The translations under genes were made by a program, and so were the position numbers. Shown piece by piece: positions 24,661 through 37,789 of a stretch of DNA of 64,000 bases (position 1 is its first letter; each line of letters opens with the position of its first letter). Origin of the DNA: Takakia lepidozioides (lineage: Eukaryota > Plantae > Bryophyta); contig CM060731.1 of NCBI GenBank assembly GCA_030704615.1, forward strand, positions 18,600,001-18,664,000, written 5' to 3'. The notes beneath the pieces were generated by a model that saw only the letters and a list, made by a program, of their open reading frames with translations, had not been told where the DNA came from and did no database searches.

Positions 24661-27544
24661 ACAGCCTCTAAGTCAGATTTATCAACCCATATTGCAGATC
24701 CGTACTCCAAGGTAGGTCTAATAATGCGACAAAGCATGGTTTTCTTAACCTCAGAGTTGACCCCTCTGCAGAAAAAGTTAAAAAAAAAGAAAAAAATGGT
24801 AGATACTCATGTCATGTCAAGACATGGACAAGACCCACTAGGGTCATTGTCAAATTAAGACATAAACAGCCCATAAACATGGCACCATCTAACACTTCCA
24901 TTCTTGTTATGACTTCCCAATTGATTTCACCCAATCATTCATGATAAAACAGGGTGGGATGGCGGGTTTGTTTATGTACGGGTCATGACAACAAGACAAG
25001 CATATAAGCAAGCATCTTGTGTACTGAAAAATCAGATTGCTGCAACATGTTCAAATTCCTGTAAGTAAGGGCGGGGTAGGTTCATAATCAGATTCCTGTC
25101 ATGTACCCAAGTGACCCTCTTGCACAATATAAGTCAGATTGCAACCTCAGATTACATCATCCATAGTTATCCATAAGATATGCACCATGCAAGATATCAT
25201 GGGCATATAAGAACATCTTGCCACATTACAGATCCAAGATATGTATACACAAGTACCTTGAGGTGATCCAAGACAAGCATTATGCAAGGTAGGTAAGAAC
25301 GGCCTGCCCTACAACACATTCAAGGAATGTTCACATAGGCAACTGGAAGGACCAGCCTGCAATTAATTACGCTTCAGGCATGCCACCAAGTAAACTTCTT
25401 GGGCATGGCAAGCCATATTACAGCTTCATATTTGGCCAAATGTAAGTACCCCAAAGTGTGCATCGTGCACAGCCTTCTGGGTAGGTAAGAACAGCTTGTC
25501 ATTGTATAGATTCAAGACCTGTGTACACAGGACTCTTGCTGGCCCAGCCTGCAGTAAATCAGACTCCAAACATGCAACCAAGTGATCACTTTGGGCATGA
25601 CTAGACTAAGTGCGACTTCATTCTACATCATGTACAGTTGCCCCAAGATATGCATCATGTAAGGCATTTTGGCATGGAAGAAAGGCATGCCCGGTCACAA
25701 CATCCAGATATGGACACACATACAATTTGAGTGCCCAAGACCAAGCCCACTTGGCCAAGATAAATCATACAATGCAAGTGGCTGTTCATATGGCAAAATA
25801 AAGTAACTAATCACTGGCCATGGTCATTTAGAGCTTACCATCACTGTTTCACAGGAGGCTAATGCCATGTTTTGCAAATAGAACCTCACTATGCTCCATT
25901 CCACAACAAATCCAGGTCTGAAAACGGCCTGTCATTGCCTTATTAGGCTGTCCTCTTTTACAAAAATCAGACCTCCTCATCTTTAGAGCCTAACAGCCAT
26001 TGATGCATTTACCCTTACACCATCAATCCTCTTTTAAGGCCAAAAAAAAAAGAACCTAGTCTAAAAATCCACAGGCAAAGCTGTCAAAGATTCAAGACAG
26101 GGTAGGATTCACATGTTGTGCTGCATGAGACAAGGCTGCCAGGCCGAAATGCTCCATCAGCAGCAGTAAAAGATAAGTCAAAAGCAAGCATCATCATGTC
26201 AAATCAGGAGCAAGCGGGCCGAAATCGGGGCTGCAGGCAGCAGCAATATGTTCCTTTTGCTCACATCTTTATCTGCAAGCTCAAGAGAATTCAAAGCAAG
26301 TAGGATTCTCACCTGGTCCCATCACAAGCCCCCACAAAAACCAATGGGTTAGTGAGGATTGTGGAACCCCAGGTGAATCACAGACCCCTACACTTGTCAT
26401 CGATGTCAACTAAGAACCTCAAAAGCAAGAGAGAAAGACATGAAGTAAAAGGAACCCTAATCACCAAAAGCACCTTGAGCGATTGGGGAAGGTAACTGTG
26501 TGCCATCGCTACTTGCAAGCCACCTCCAGCACAACTAAGGAGAAGTGAAGCAAACAAGCATCCTTGCTAGGTTTAAGAAGGGAGAGAGAGATATATATTT
26601 CCCCACACAAGCGCCGCTGCGAAATATAAAAGCCAGAGGAGATGCAATCACAGCGGGGTCTCCCGCCTGTGAGAAGAGACAAGACGCCGCCATTGCGCAT
26701 CCCCAGGAGCTCGTCCGGCATGGGCACGAAGCAGCAGACAGGGTAGCAGCAGAGCTCAGACGCCATAACTCTCAGCCCGCGAGCTCAGAAGCACGAGGAC
26801 TGCTGCTGACGGCGGGAGAGATACCCTAGGGCAAAGCCTGATTTTTCATCCGCGGAGGATGAATAATCAACACCCTTTATCTCGAAAACCCGACGGATGT
26901 CATCCGTTAGCTAGGTTTAAACAATAGATTATAGGGTAGGGGTTAGGGTTTCACTCCTTAATTAGCCATATTTAAGGGTAATTAAACAATTCTCCAGGGC
27001 CATCATAAGCTGCATTTTTCATCCGGTTCAGATGCAAAAAGTTAATAGGTTCATCTAATTGGAGAAGGTCCATCAGCAGGATGAAAAAGCAGTACATATC
27101 ATCCGAGGCAGCGGTTTCTCATCCTAACAGGTAATTCATCATCCTCTAAGAAAAGCCTCATCCAGTACGGAAAAAAAGGCATAAATGATGAATAAAACGA
27201 ATTAATATCCTGGTATTTTTCATCCGGTCATGGATGGAAAAATTATAGATAGGATGCCAGTGTCACAACCCCTATAGAGGTAATTCCTCATTCTCTGGTG
27301 ACTCATCTGGTATAGATGAAAGTCAATAAAAGAGGAATGAAAAAATTATAGACCCTTTTTAGAGGTATTTTAGTGTCCACCCAGGTAGTTCATCCGGTAT
27401 GGATAGAAAAACTTTATAGGGCAGGTGAAAACACTGTTTAGAATCCATCCGGTATAGATGGAAAAACATGAAAAGAACACTGATGCAACCGGCTAATTCC
27501 GAGGAGGGAGACAGAGGGAGAGAGGGGCAACAAAGAAAAAACAA

Positions 27545-27606
27545 AAAGGTGGGGGGCGGGAGTGACTGAGCAGCTGCTATTCAGTCACTCCCCCCCCCCC
27601 CACCTT
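27545..27606. repeat. Inverted repeat/hairpin
   Basis: AAGGTGGGGGGCGGGAGTGACTGA...TCAGTCACTCCCCCCCCCCCACCTT (~24-bp stem). Purine/pyrimidine flanks extend it imperfectly to ~27500-27660. Confidence 0.8.
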
Positions 27607-28399
27607 CCTCTTTTTCTTTTTGTTTCCTGACCTCTCCCTCTCACTCCCTCTCTCTCCCTCTGGAAACAGGGCTTATGGAATTGTTGTCCCGACTTCCATG
27701 TTTGAGGAAATTGAAAAAAATTGAAATATTAGGTTGCATGGAATTTTGGATGTTTTTCATACAAAATACAAATTTTTCCTAGTGAAATATTTCTTCACTA
27801 AATACCTATGAGTTGCAAGACTCCCGTCAGTTTCTACTTTTTCAATCCAACCTGGATGAAAAAATGACTTCATCTGACATGACCTAAATACAGGGCAAGA
27901 CAGGTATAAACCAGTGTTGGGCGGTTACCCGCCTGGGCCCCGGGGAACCGCCGGTTCTGGTTATGTGGAACTGGACCGGAACCGGACCCGCCTGTGCAGA
28001 ACCGGAACCGGAACCGGAAATTGGGGATTGTGTGGGAACCGAAACCGGCGGTTCCAGCTACAACCACATGTGTGGGAACCGGGGTTTGGGGACTCTAAAG
28101 CGGTTCCGGTTCCGGTTCCACCCGTGGGCTGTAGCCCTAAGTGTCTCTACAACTCATCCAACTCGCTCTCTCTCGCATACATCTTGCTTGCTACTCCAGT
28201 CCAGGTAAGGTTCGTGTTCCGTGTCTCCATCTCCTACTTTATTTGTTTGATTTCTCTCTCGCTCTCATTTCATCTCTATCTCCATTCTCTTTCCCTCTTA
28301 GGTTGATTGATTTAATGTGTTGTTTGTTTCCTTTCTTCTCAGTTTATCGCACAAGAGGGGGCCGATCTCTCTTCTGCTGCTGTGGCAGGTGGTGGACAC

Positions 28400-28783
28400 A
28401 AAGGGAGGGAGTGTGAGCAGGAGGGCCCCGCCAACCAGCCGTCGCTTGTTGTTGGTGAGCATCCACCATGTTCTTGTTTTTTTTTAATTTTTTGGTTCAG
28501 CGGAGCTAATGGGCCCCATGCTCTTGTATTTGTGGTAAGTGGCGCATTGGAGGGAGGAAGTGCCAGCAGGAGGGCCCGCGCAACCAGCCCCGTCGTCAAC
28601 CAGCCCCTTGTTGGTAAGCATCCACCACTTTTGGTTATTTTACTGTTTTTAGCTTTAGTTCACCATGAAACTAATCAGCCTCCTCCTTTTCTGCTATGGC
28701 ATGTGGTGCAAGAGGTAGGGAGGACGAGTAAGGAGGGCCCCACCTGCAACCAGCCCCCTTGGTCCATGGTAATCATTGATCAT

Positions 28784-28818
<35 letters not shown>

Positions 28819-30080
28819 CCTGTTTTCTTTGATGATATACCAAGGGGCTGATAGCCCCTTGCTCCACTATGGTAGATTTTACATTGGAGGGAGCACAAGC
28901 CAGGAGGCCCCCGCCAACCAGCCCACATTACCCAATGGTAAGTATTTTCCCTTTCTTTAATTTTTTTTAATTCTTGATACAATTGGGGGTTGATAAGATA
29001 GCCCCTTTGGCTTCTGTTATGGCAGATTCTGCATGAGAGGGAGGGAGCCCAAAGCAGGGAGGGACCTGCCAACCAGCCCCCATTACCCGCTTGTAACTCT
29101 CTTTCATTGAGCTTTATTTTTTTAGTTGTTTAAATTTTTGTTAAAAGAGGGGCTGATTAGCCCATTGCTCTTGTGCTACGGCTGATTGTGCATGGGAGGG
29201 AAAGGAGGGCAAGTAGGAAGGCTGGCCAACAAGCCCCTCTTGCACCGCACATGTAAGCATCCCCCTTCATTTTTTTTTTCCCATAAAATTGGTATAGCAA
29301 GGGCTGATTAGCCGTTGCTAATGCAGATCACACACAAGAAGGACGTCCAGTGCAAGTAAAAAAACACGTCAACCAGCCCCTCTCATCTTGTAGTAAGCCC
29401 CCACCCTTTAGCTTAGTTTTTTAATGTTATTCTTTCCAATGTGTGGTACAACAAAAGGCTGATTCGCCCTTCCTCATAGTGATATGTTGCACTCGGGAAG
29501 GGAGCAGAAATAGGAGGCCTCTTGACCCGCCAACCAGCCCCCATTACCCGCGTGTACTTCCCCTTCATTGTTCTTTATTTTCTTAATTATTTTAAGTTTG
29601 TGATATAAGAGGAGCTGATTAGCCCCTTGCTCTTTTGCTATTGTAGATCGTGCATGGGAGGGAAAGAGGGCAAGTAGGGAGGCCTGCCAACCAGCCCCCG
29701 TTCCACCACACATGTAAGCATGCCCCTAATTCATGTTGCATATTTTTTTTTTCCCAGAAAATTGGCATAGCAAGGGGCTGATCAGCCCCCTACTCTGTTG
29801 CTATGTAGATCACACACAAGAAGGAGGAGTGCGAGTTTAGAGCCCGCTAACCAGCCCCCTCATCCTATGGTAAGCCCCCACCCTTTAATAGCTTAGTTTT
29901 TTATTTTATTTTTTCCAATGTGTGGTACAACAAGGGATGATTTGCTCCTCCTCTCATAGTGAAAGTTTGAACTCGGAAAGGGGAGCACAAATATCAAGAA
30001 GGCTTGACAGCCAGCCCCTACCTCTTGTGGACAATCACCCCACTTTAAAAGCTTCATAATTTTTAGTTATAACTCTTCAT
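28400..30080. repeat. Degenerate ~158-bp tandem array (11 units) inside the hAT
   Basis: CAACCAGCC anchors near 28432, 28581, 28747, 28915, 29070, 29227, 29370, 29531, 29687, 29848 and 30008. Most units have a T-rich tract and a GGGGCTGATTAGCCCC-like palindrome. Confidence 0.8.
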
Positions 30081-30473
30081 GTTGTGGTACAACAAGGACT
30101 GATTTATTTATATGTGGTGGGGGCATTGCAGATCATTTCCCAAGGCATGAAGTAGCCAAGCTGACCACTGAAGCATAAGACTGGTCCACCCCCAACTTGC
30201 TAGGTAGTTTTTGTAATTTGAAAATGTAAATGTACATGTACTAGATAAAAAAAATAACGTAGATCTAAATGTAGGCCATGTATGTAACATTCAGCTCAAT
30301 ATGAAATAATAAATTAAGCAGTGCGGTGTCTCTCCCCACACTTTCGTTTTGGCCAGCCATATACCATTCCAAACTTTTGTAAATATATGAGTTGTGCACA
30401 ATTATTAAATGCCTTTTGGATTCTTTGTTTGCATTGTTTTTACACATGAGTTGTTCCACAAGCTTTTTATGTC

Positions 30474-32814
30474 ATGGAGCCTAATATTTTCGATGAACTA
30501 GAAAGGGAAGTTGTTCCTGACATCAATGTTGATAATGAGAGAGCTTTGGTGGAGTGCCATGTTGCGGAGGATGCTCATCATGCAGCCTCATTTACATCAG
30601 CTCCTCAAGCCTCGGGTGCAATGTCATCTTCCACAGTTTCGCCATCACACACGGTGTTGGATGTGGAGGCGCAGCTCCCAGTACTTGAAAAACAACGGGA
30701 TTTTTGGAAGCCCCACAATCGCACTGCTTCGACATGGGCATTCTATGCAACAAAAGACTCTGCTCCAGTGGACATAACAAATCCACAACAAATGAGGTGT
30801 GTTCTATGTCATCCTGTTGGTGTCACTCCTGCAAGCAAGATGGGCATTGTGACCTATAATAAAACCAATGGTATCTCTGCCCTTTGAAAACATGTGGATC
30901 AAGAACACGACATTGTTTTGCGTAGGTGGATTGAGAAGGAAAATGAAGGACCTGAGAAGGCCCGTAGGCTAGCAAAAAAAAGGCCCGGCCCCACTCCTGG
31001 AAACATAGTTTTTTTTTTTGGGAGCTCCACTCCATACAACCAAAATGATGATCAACAGAAGCAGTTCAATGAGGATTTAGTCTTGTTCATTGCAAAGGAG
31101 TTGGTTCCACTGTCTTTGGTAGAATCCCCTTGGCTAAGAAGGATGGTGTTGAGGCAAAATCCTCGGATTGTTTTCCCTTCTCGACGGACATTTGTGAATG
31201 AGGCCATTCCAATCTTGGCAGAGAAGACGAAAGAGCGCTACATGTCCCCATCTCTTTATAGTTGTGCTACTTGCTCTGTGAGTTTTGATTTGTGGATGTC
31301 AAGAGGGGGAACTGACACTTTTGTAATCATAGCGCACTTTATTAATGAACAGTGGAAGCAATGTCATGTGACTCTTGGCATGTTTGAGACACCTGACACA
31401 TCTGGGGCTGCCATGGCACATCAAGTCAACAATCTTCTTGTGAAGTATGGCCTCAATACTCGCATTATTGCTTACGTCAAAGATGAGGGAGATAACTTAG
31501 CCACTTTGACCAATGCATTGAATTCGGTGGTCTCATGTGCGTGTTTGGGGTTGGATTCTCCATTTGTGGGTAGCTGTTTTGGGCATGCAATGTCCAAGTG
31601 TTGCCAGTATGCAACAAATGATGCAAAAGTATGCGCAGATATGAGATCGGTTACTAAAAAAAAATGCCCAATCAGAGTTGCAAAAAACCATTACTTGGAC
31701 AAAAAAAAGTGGCAAAGGGAGACAAGAATGGGCAAAGGCATGTGTGGACAACGGCATTCATCCCCACAAATTGAAGTCTCTGGTGAAGACACGGTTTGCT
31801 TCCAAGGTGATCCTCTTCCAAGAGACTTTGGAGTTTAGGCAAGCCATAATCACTTGTTACTCTAGGCAACCTCATTAGCACTGTAGTCTCGCATACCAAG
31901 TGTGGGCCATTGCCCAATCAATTTCTACAGTTCTAGGGCCTGTGGTTCATGAGTGCATTATGAATCAATCTGGGGGATTTTGGCTGTTGTCCGATGCTCT
32001 TAATGCAGCCATTGCCACAACAATTCGCATGCGAGGAAGTAGTGCTCCCAGGGCTGCAACTGTGGATCATTGCATGGGGGATTTCTCAACAGAGTTGACA
32101 TTGTTGGAATGGCGGATGGCTCGAGAGGTGGTATATGTCTTGGAACCATTTTTTATTTTTTTTGAAGGGTTTCAATCGCGCAAAGTTCACAATATGCTCG
32201 CGCTTATGCTTGACCCACGTTACAAGGGGTTGTCATTGGTATCACAATATGTGGGCAAAGAGCGTGCTTTGCATATTGTGTCCCAATATGATAGCATGGT
32301 GTTAGAGCCTATTTTGGTAAAATGTTTCAAGGTCTTACATCCGGATACTCCGGCCCAATCACAGCCCACTTCCACAATGGACTAGATGTCCTTATTTGGT
32401 GTGCATGACCACAATAAAGACATGACATTGACAGTAGTGAGAGAACAACTATCACATTTCAGAAGGACGAAGATAATTGAGGGTGAGTGCGTGGCTCCTT
32501 TGAAATGGTGGAAAGAACACGAGTCTCTCTTTCCGTATGTGGGATTTTTGGCACGGCTAATCTTGGGCATAGTTGGATCTCAGATTGAAGCTGAGAGGGT
32601 TTTTAGTATTGCAGGTGTCATAACAAGCTTGAGACGGTGCAGGTTAAATATTGAAAACCTTGATATGCTTGTGAGTGTAGTCAAGAATTGGCCAAATGAT
32701 GCTAGAGTTGGTTGCTTTAGTACTTCCATGAAAGAGTTTTTGGATAGGGAAGAAGTCCTCTTAGATGAGAATGAGGACTTGATTCCAGAGGCAAACCTCT
32801 TTGAGGTAGAATGA
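30474..32814 (+). pseudogene. hAT transposase (BED finger, DDE, C-terminal dimerisation domain), disrupted
   Basis: W..Y...CVLC...KH...H BED finger, SFDLW, VKDEG, CFGH, LDPRYK, PLKWWK...SQIEAERVFS. Stops at 30885, 31876 and 32383, and a frameshift in an A-run near 31660. Confidence 0.93.
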
Positions 32815-35599
32815 TTTGTCTTAGAGACAAATTATTGTTCAACATATTACACTATACTCCTTTGATTGGAGTTTGTTTATTTATCATTTTTATTGAAAAT
32901 TTCAGTGACATCCCGTGTACTTAGTTTGTTGTATGCTATATCGACAAAGCATCATCCAAAAAACACAAATTTATGTAGTTTTTTTTAGTTGTGCTTTTGC
33001 TGCACCATAAAAGGTAACCATAGAATTACACATGTTTAATTTGTTTTGTATTTTGAATTAAGATCCTTAAGTAGTTAGTTAGTTTTAGTTGTTCTTTGCT
33101 ACACCGTACGAAAACTTATAAAATCTCTGGTTTTCTGTTTTTAATGGAGACCATGCGTATTTAACTTGTTATATATACCATAAAAGACAATCACAAAAAA
33201 TATATAAGTTTATTTACTTCTGTTTTACTAATAAATTCCCTGGTTTTAGTTGAAAATTCTGAATATTCAGTATGACCAATCAGATCAGTTCATCTAATTT
33301 TCCAGAAGAATAAAAAAATTAAAAGAATTTAATATATTTTTAAAAAAGAACCGGAACCTAACCGGGAACCGGTGTTTTTTTTTCCAGCAACTAACCGGCA
33401 ACCGGAACCGCCCCCATGTTAAAAAGTCAGATGCTGAACTGGACCGGAACCGCCTTAATAAAAAATAACCGGATCCGGATCCGGAACCGTCTCTTCAAAA
33501 ATTTGTGGAACTGGAACCGAAGGTTCCTTCACAAAGGCAAGAACCGCCCAACACTGGTATAAACCCCCGATGTTTTTCATCTAACCTAGATGAAATACGG
33601 ACTACATCCGTTGAGTGCAAGACAAGATGAACGCACGATGTCTTTCATCTTCCGCGAATGAGAAACAGACAACGTCCGTCGGGCGTACAGGCTGGGCCAG
33701 ACATGGGAAAACCCTGCGCAACTCTAATGTCTTTCTTTTTGCGCTGCAAGAGCGCGCGCGATGGCGGCTTGGGAGGAGCGATGGTGCTTGTGCTGCAGAT
33801 ACTTTGAGCTGCCAATCCTTGAGTGTTTATGGCTCCTGTGAGCGCCGCCTAGGCGGGCTCTTTAAGGCGATGGCGGTGGCTTAGAGATGAGGAGATTCAC
33901 TGTCTTAGTTGTCTGTTTTTTTGCTGCACAAGGGAACCGCGGCAATGATGGCGGAGGTATCACCTGCATGCTTATGACGTTTCCCTAGGAGCCTCCTCTG
34001 GATCTTTGATGAATGGTGGCGTCTTGGTAGAACAAGGAAGTCTCTCTCCCTCCCTTTATAAACCCTAACTTTTAAGACCAAGCTCTTTTTTCTTGTGCTT
34101 GGCAAGACTTTGCTTTGGTTAAGGTAGCAGTGTTGTGGTGCTGGCGGAGTCCTCCCTGCACGGTTCGGCTTGTGGAGAGATGACGACTCTCCCCCAGACA
34201 GTAAAAAAGGTTTTTTTTTCTATTTGTTTTGCTTCCCTGCTTTCTTTGGCATTCCTGCGCTTAGATATAAGTGACCTCGATAGCAAGTGTGGAAGCCTGT
34301 TACTCACCTCGTGCATCCTCACTAACTCACAACGCGTTGTGGTTGTTTTTGGGACGGGCACAGGTGAGGGCTTCCACTTAATATTCTGATGTCTAGGTGA
34401 TGTTGGATGCCAAGTGGGATTGCAGAGCAGGGGAAGGAATCGCTTGCCAGGGACTCATCTTAAAATGTCGAAAAACTAAACTACTCTATGGTTTTTCTTG
34501 ATCCTACCTCTTTCCTTCCTTGATTTTTGAAGAACAAGTGTAATGCTTTCTACGATGGGCTATTTCGGCCCAGCCAGTGGAAAACCTCTGTTATGTGGTG
34601 ACAGCCTGGTTTATGATGGCTTGTGTGAGAGACACACATCTGTTTTCCAGGCCCTAGTTTGCTTTGCTTACCTTATGGTAGTTGGAAACAAATTGAGAGG
34701 CTGAAAGGAACTGTTTGCTGCAACTACTCGGGTGCCTCTGTTGGTAAAAGGCCCCTGTTATGTTCCAACCCAGATGGCTTTGTTAGCTAGATGCTTAGGC
34801 CAGGGTATGGTGAAGTTTCTGCCTGTGGCTATTCGGCTGACACTGAAATATAGCAGTAATATAAATGGTAACTGGTTTTTGAGGCAGCCAGGGTGGTCAA
34901 GTGGAAATACCCCCTGGACATGGTGTAATGACATGGTCAAATGTGGAATGATATGAAGGGAGTACTGACAGTATCATATACTGTCACAAGATGTGTATGC
35001 AGTCCTTTATATTTACTTTGCTGTGTCATGAACTTTGATTTTCAGCTGTAGCAAGAAATAAAGGTATAGGGGTATTTTGGAAAACTTACCAGACATATCC
35101 ACCTCCCCTGTGGGGGCAAACTATGCTGCAGACCAGTCTAAACAAATATTGGCAAGGCAAGGTATTTAAATCTGTGATATCCAAGTGTTCCTTTCTTTTT
35201 TTAAGAAAACCCTCCATTACACCCATGGGGTTTTAGTAAGTATGCTTGGATTACAGCTTACAGACAGTAAATCTGTATGATTATTTGACCTGCACCACAT
35301 CAAGGCCAAAATATGGCCAAATACCCGCCATCCCACCCAGACCTCTGAAAGTGTATCATGATCATGACTGGTGGTCAATCGGCATCAGTGGCATACTCTT
35401 TGGGTTATGAATAATACTGACATGAACACATTACTGTGCATGGATGTAATTTTGGATTTTCTAAGCTTGGTGATTGATGGATGGTGCCACTGTTAAGTGG
35501 CTGATATGTCTGATTATTCTTTCATGACAATGACCCTAGGGGTCCTGTCTTTGTCTTGACATGACAAAAAGTATCTTCCCTCTCTTCTGTGATGCTCTC

Positions 35600-36048
35600 T
35601 TTTAAGCTCTCGACTAGATAAATTCAAGGTCAGATGGTGGGTACAGCTGTAACATATGTCCAACACCAGATATCCTAAGTTAATCGACTCTATATCTTGG
35701 AAACAGGACCGCCCTGTCAAACAGGGTAAGCCCTGGGAGAAGAGAGTAGAAGAGATTCTCAAGGATCTGAATCTGGACCCGCAAGTCTTGACCTTGCTGG
35801 ATAAACCTGACTTAGAGAGTGTAGTGTCCAAAGCCATGTCTGTTACCAGAAAATTGTCCGATGAAAATGAAGTTAGGAAGAAAACTTCCCTGAACCTGTT
35901 TCCAGTCTGTGACATGGGGATGACATCATGGATGCGCTCAAGGGTCTATCCCACTCTTGGCACCAGACCTAAATTTAAACTCAGGGCATGAAGACTACCT
36001 TTGAACAGTAAACAAAAGCAGAGAGGAAAGGGAGAGTGCAATTTCCCT
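35600..36048 (+). mobile_element. Second LINE ORF2 fragment, same family as 24060-24660, opposite orientation
   Basis: SDENEVRKKTSLNLFPV...PTLGTRPKFKLR...LNSKQKQRGKGECN matches the minus-strand copy and stops before the zinc finger. Confidence 0.75.
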
Positions 36049-36760
36049 GACGTACTTCTGCTGCTGCTGCTTGAAGCGAGTTGGCGCGGCGAGCTGCTGC
36101 GGTGCTGTCGTGGCTGCCAGCGGCGCGGGTCCCGCCGCTGCAGGGCGTCTCTACCCCGCTCACCACGGCTCTCTCTCTCGTCAGCTCATTTAGGTCGCCC
36201 TCTGCGCGACGTTCCTACCACACAGGGGAGAGAGACATCTGTAGGTCGAAGGGAGGTGATGAGCAAAACACTTAAGACATGCAAGAAACAGACAAAGCAC
36301 GTAGGGTTTGTGGGGCTCAATGATGCAATGAAGTCGCGATTTTTCATTCAGGAGAAGCGGATGAAATCCAATTTTTCATTCAAACATGGATTGAGTACCA
36401 GATGAATGACGGGTTGGCAAAGGGATGAAATGTGAGATCAAGTTATCATTGATGGGATGAAATCGCGGAAATAAAGGAGATGCAGCAGTAATTTAGGAAC
36501 AAGGTGGCCATATTAAATATTAGTAAGTGGCATGCAGCTAAAAGAGTGGTTGAGAAACAAAACACGTGGGAATCGTATGTTTTTAGAAGTTGATGGGCCT
36601 GTGGCACAGAGGGGGATAAGACCCGGTGGCCGCCATACTTGATGTCCAAAAGCTGTAGGATCTTAAATATTGTTGACTTGCTATTAAATAATCACGTGAA
36701 GGAGACGGCGGGATAAGGTGGAGATAGGGATCAGCCCAAGTATAAGAGTAGTGGAGAGTG

Positions 36761-37750
36761 TGTCGAGCGGCTTTTACTCACCCATCCCTTCGCTATCCGA
36801 GGTGGGAACTCCAAGATAGAAGAGTTGGAAATCTCTAAGCACTCAGCCTGCTCAGAACAATCAGTCATGACCTACAGCTAGTGTATCATGGGGGTGTTTC
36901 TTATTTGTACTCCTTCCCACATTCATGTTAGCGAGTTACCTTACTATCTGCAATTAAGTATCAGTTTGCTTCAGAAATCTATCAAGTTCCGTCCATTCAT
37001 TCCACAGCTTCACTCAGGTCTCTCTACACAGTGTGAGTATGAAGTATGTATCAGATTAATATCTATCAAGTATCAGGCTGAAGCCATGGTGTCTCTAATC
37101 TACTCTACATTACAATTCTACAGCTTGCATTCATCAACTAACAACAGATCGTCACTTCTCCTACTCCGTGCTCTTCATCCTTTTCCCCAGAGATGTGCTC
37201 TCCCCTCTATTTCCAAGCCCTGATGCCCGAAGTCCCCCACCAAGAAGTGATCCCTAGACGTCCCCGCTCTTCGCTTTTTCTACCTACAAGCTGTTCTAAC
37301 CGCTTTCCTAACTAACCGTCATCCCTATAGTACACGTTTATTTTTTCAGATGTCGTTCCCCCACCGTCGTTCCCTGCCAATGATAACTGTTCCCCAGCTG
37401 TGCCAAACTGTGACTGGCTGTATCAGGCTGTGGTGGGCTGTGACTGGTTGTGTCGGGCTGTGTAGGGCTGTGCGAAGCTGTGGCGGCTGTATCGGGCTGT
37501 GACTGGCTGTGTTGGGCTGTGTTGACTGTGGGAAGCTGTGTCGGCTGTGTCGGACTGTGACGGGCTGTGTTGGCTGTGCGAAGCTGTGACGGCTGTGTCA
37601 GGCTGTGATGGACTGTGTTGGGCTCTGTATCTCCCCCCTAAAGCCTGTTGCTGTCACCCCTAAGGCTTCTGTTGGTCTCAGTCTGTGTAAAAATTAAGGG
37701 TACCCCACAGATCCCGTAAAAGCGTCTAAGTCCCAAACAGCCCTCTAACA
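36761..37750 (-). repeat. 3' LTR of element C
   Basis: TGTTAGAGG...CTCGACA on the minus strand, purine tract immediately upstream (37756-37768), CACAGCC array at 37395-37620. Confidence 0.9.
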
Positions 37751-37789
37751 TTTATCCCTCCTCCTCTCAAAAAGCCGTGACCTCACGGT

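Larger units (their letters stand above)
27912..33556 (+). mobile_element. hAT DNA transposon, full length (5645 bp)
   Basis: 15-bp TIR CAGTGTTGGGCGGTT / AACCGCCCAACACTG, 8-bp duplication GTATAAAC, GGAACC/AACCGG subterminal repeats, internal transposase. Confidence 0.96.

Noticed and set aside
26930-26955. TAGGGT/TTAGGGTTT as interstitial telomere
   Set aside because: Only two to three imperfect units, more consistent with a telo-box.
28382-29072. 192-aa and 99-aa ORFs with poly-Phe/poly-Lys
   Set aside because: They are translations of a T34 tract within the hAT repeat array.
36431-36760. Possible additional LTR start (TGTGAGATC...)
   Set aside because: No second copy, end or duplication in the window to support it.
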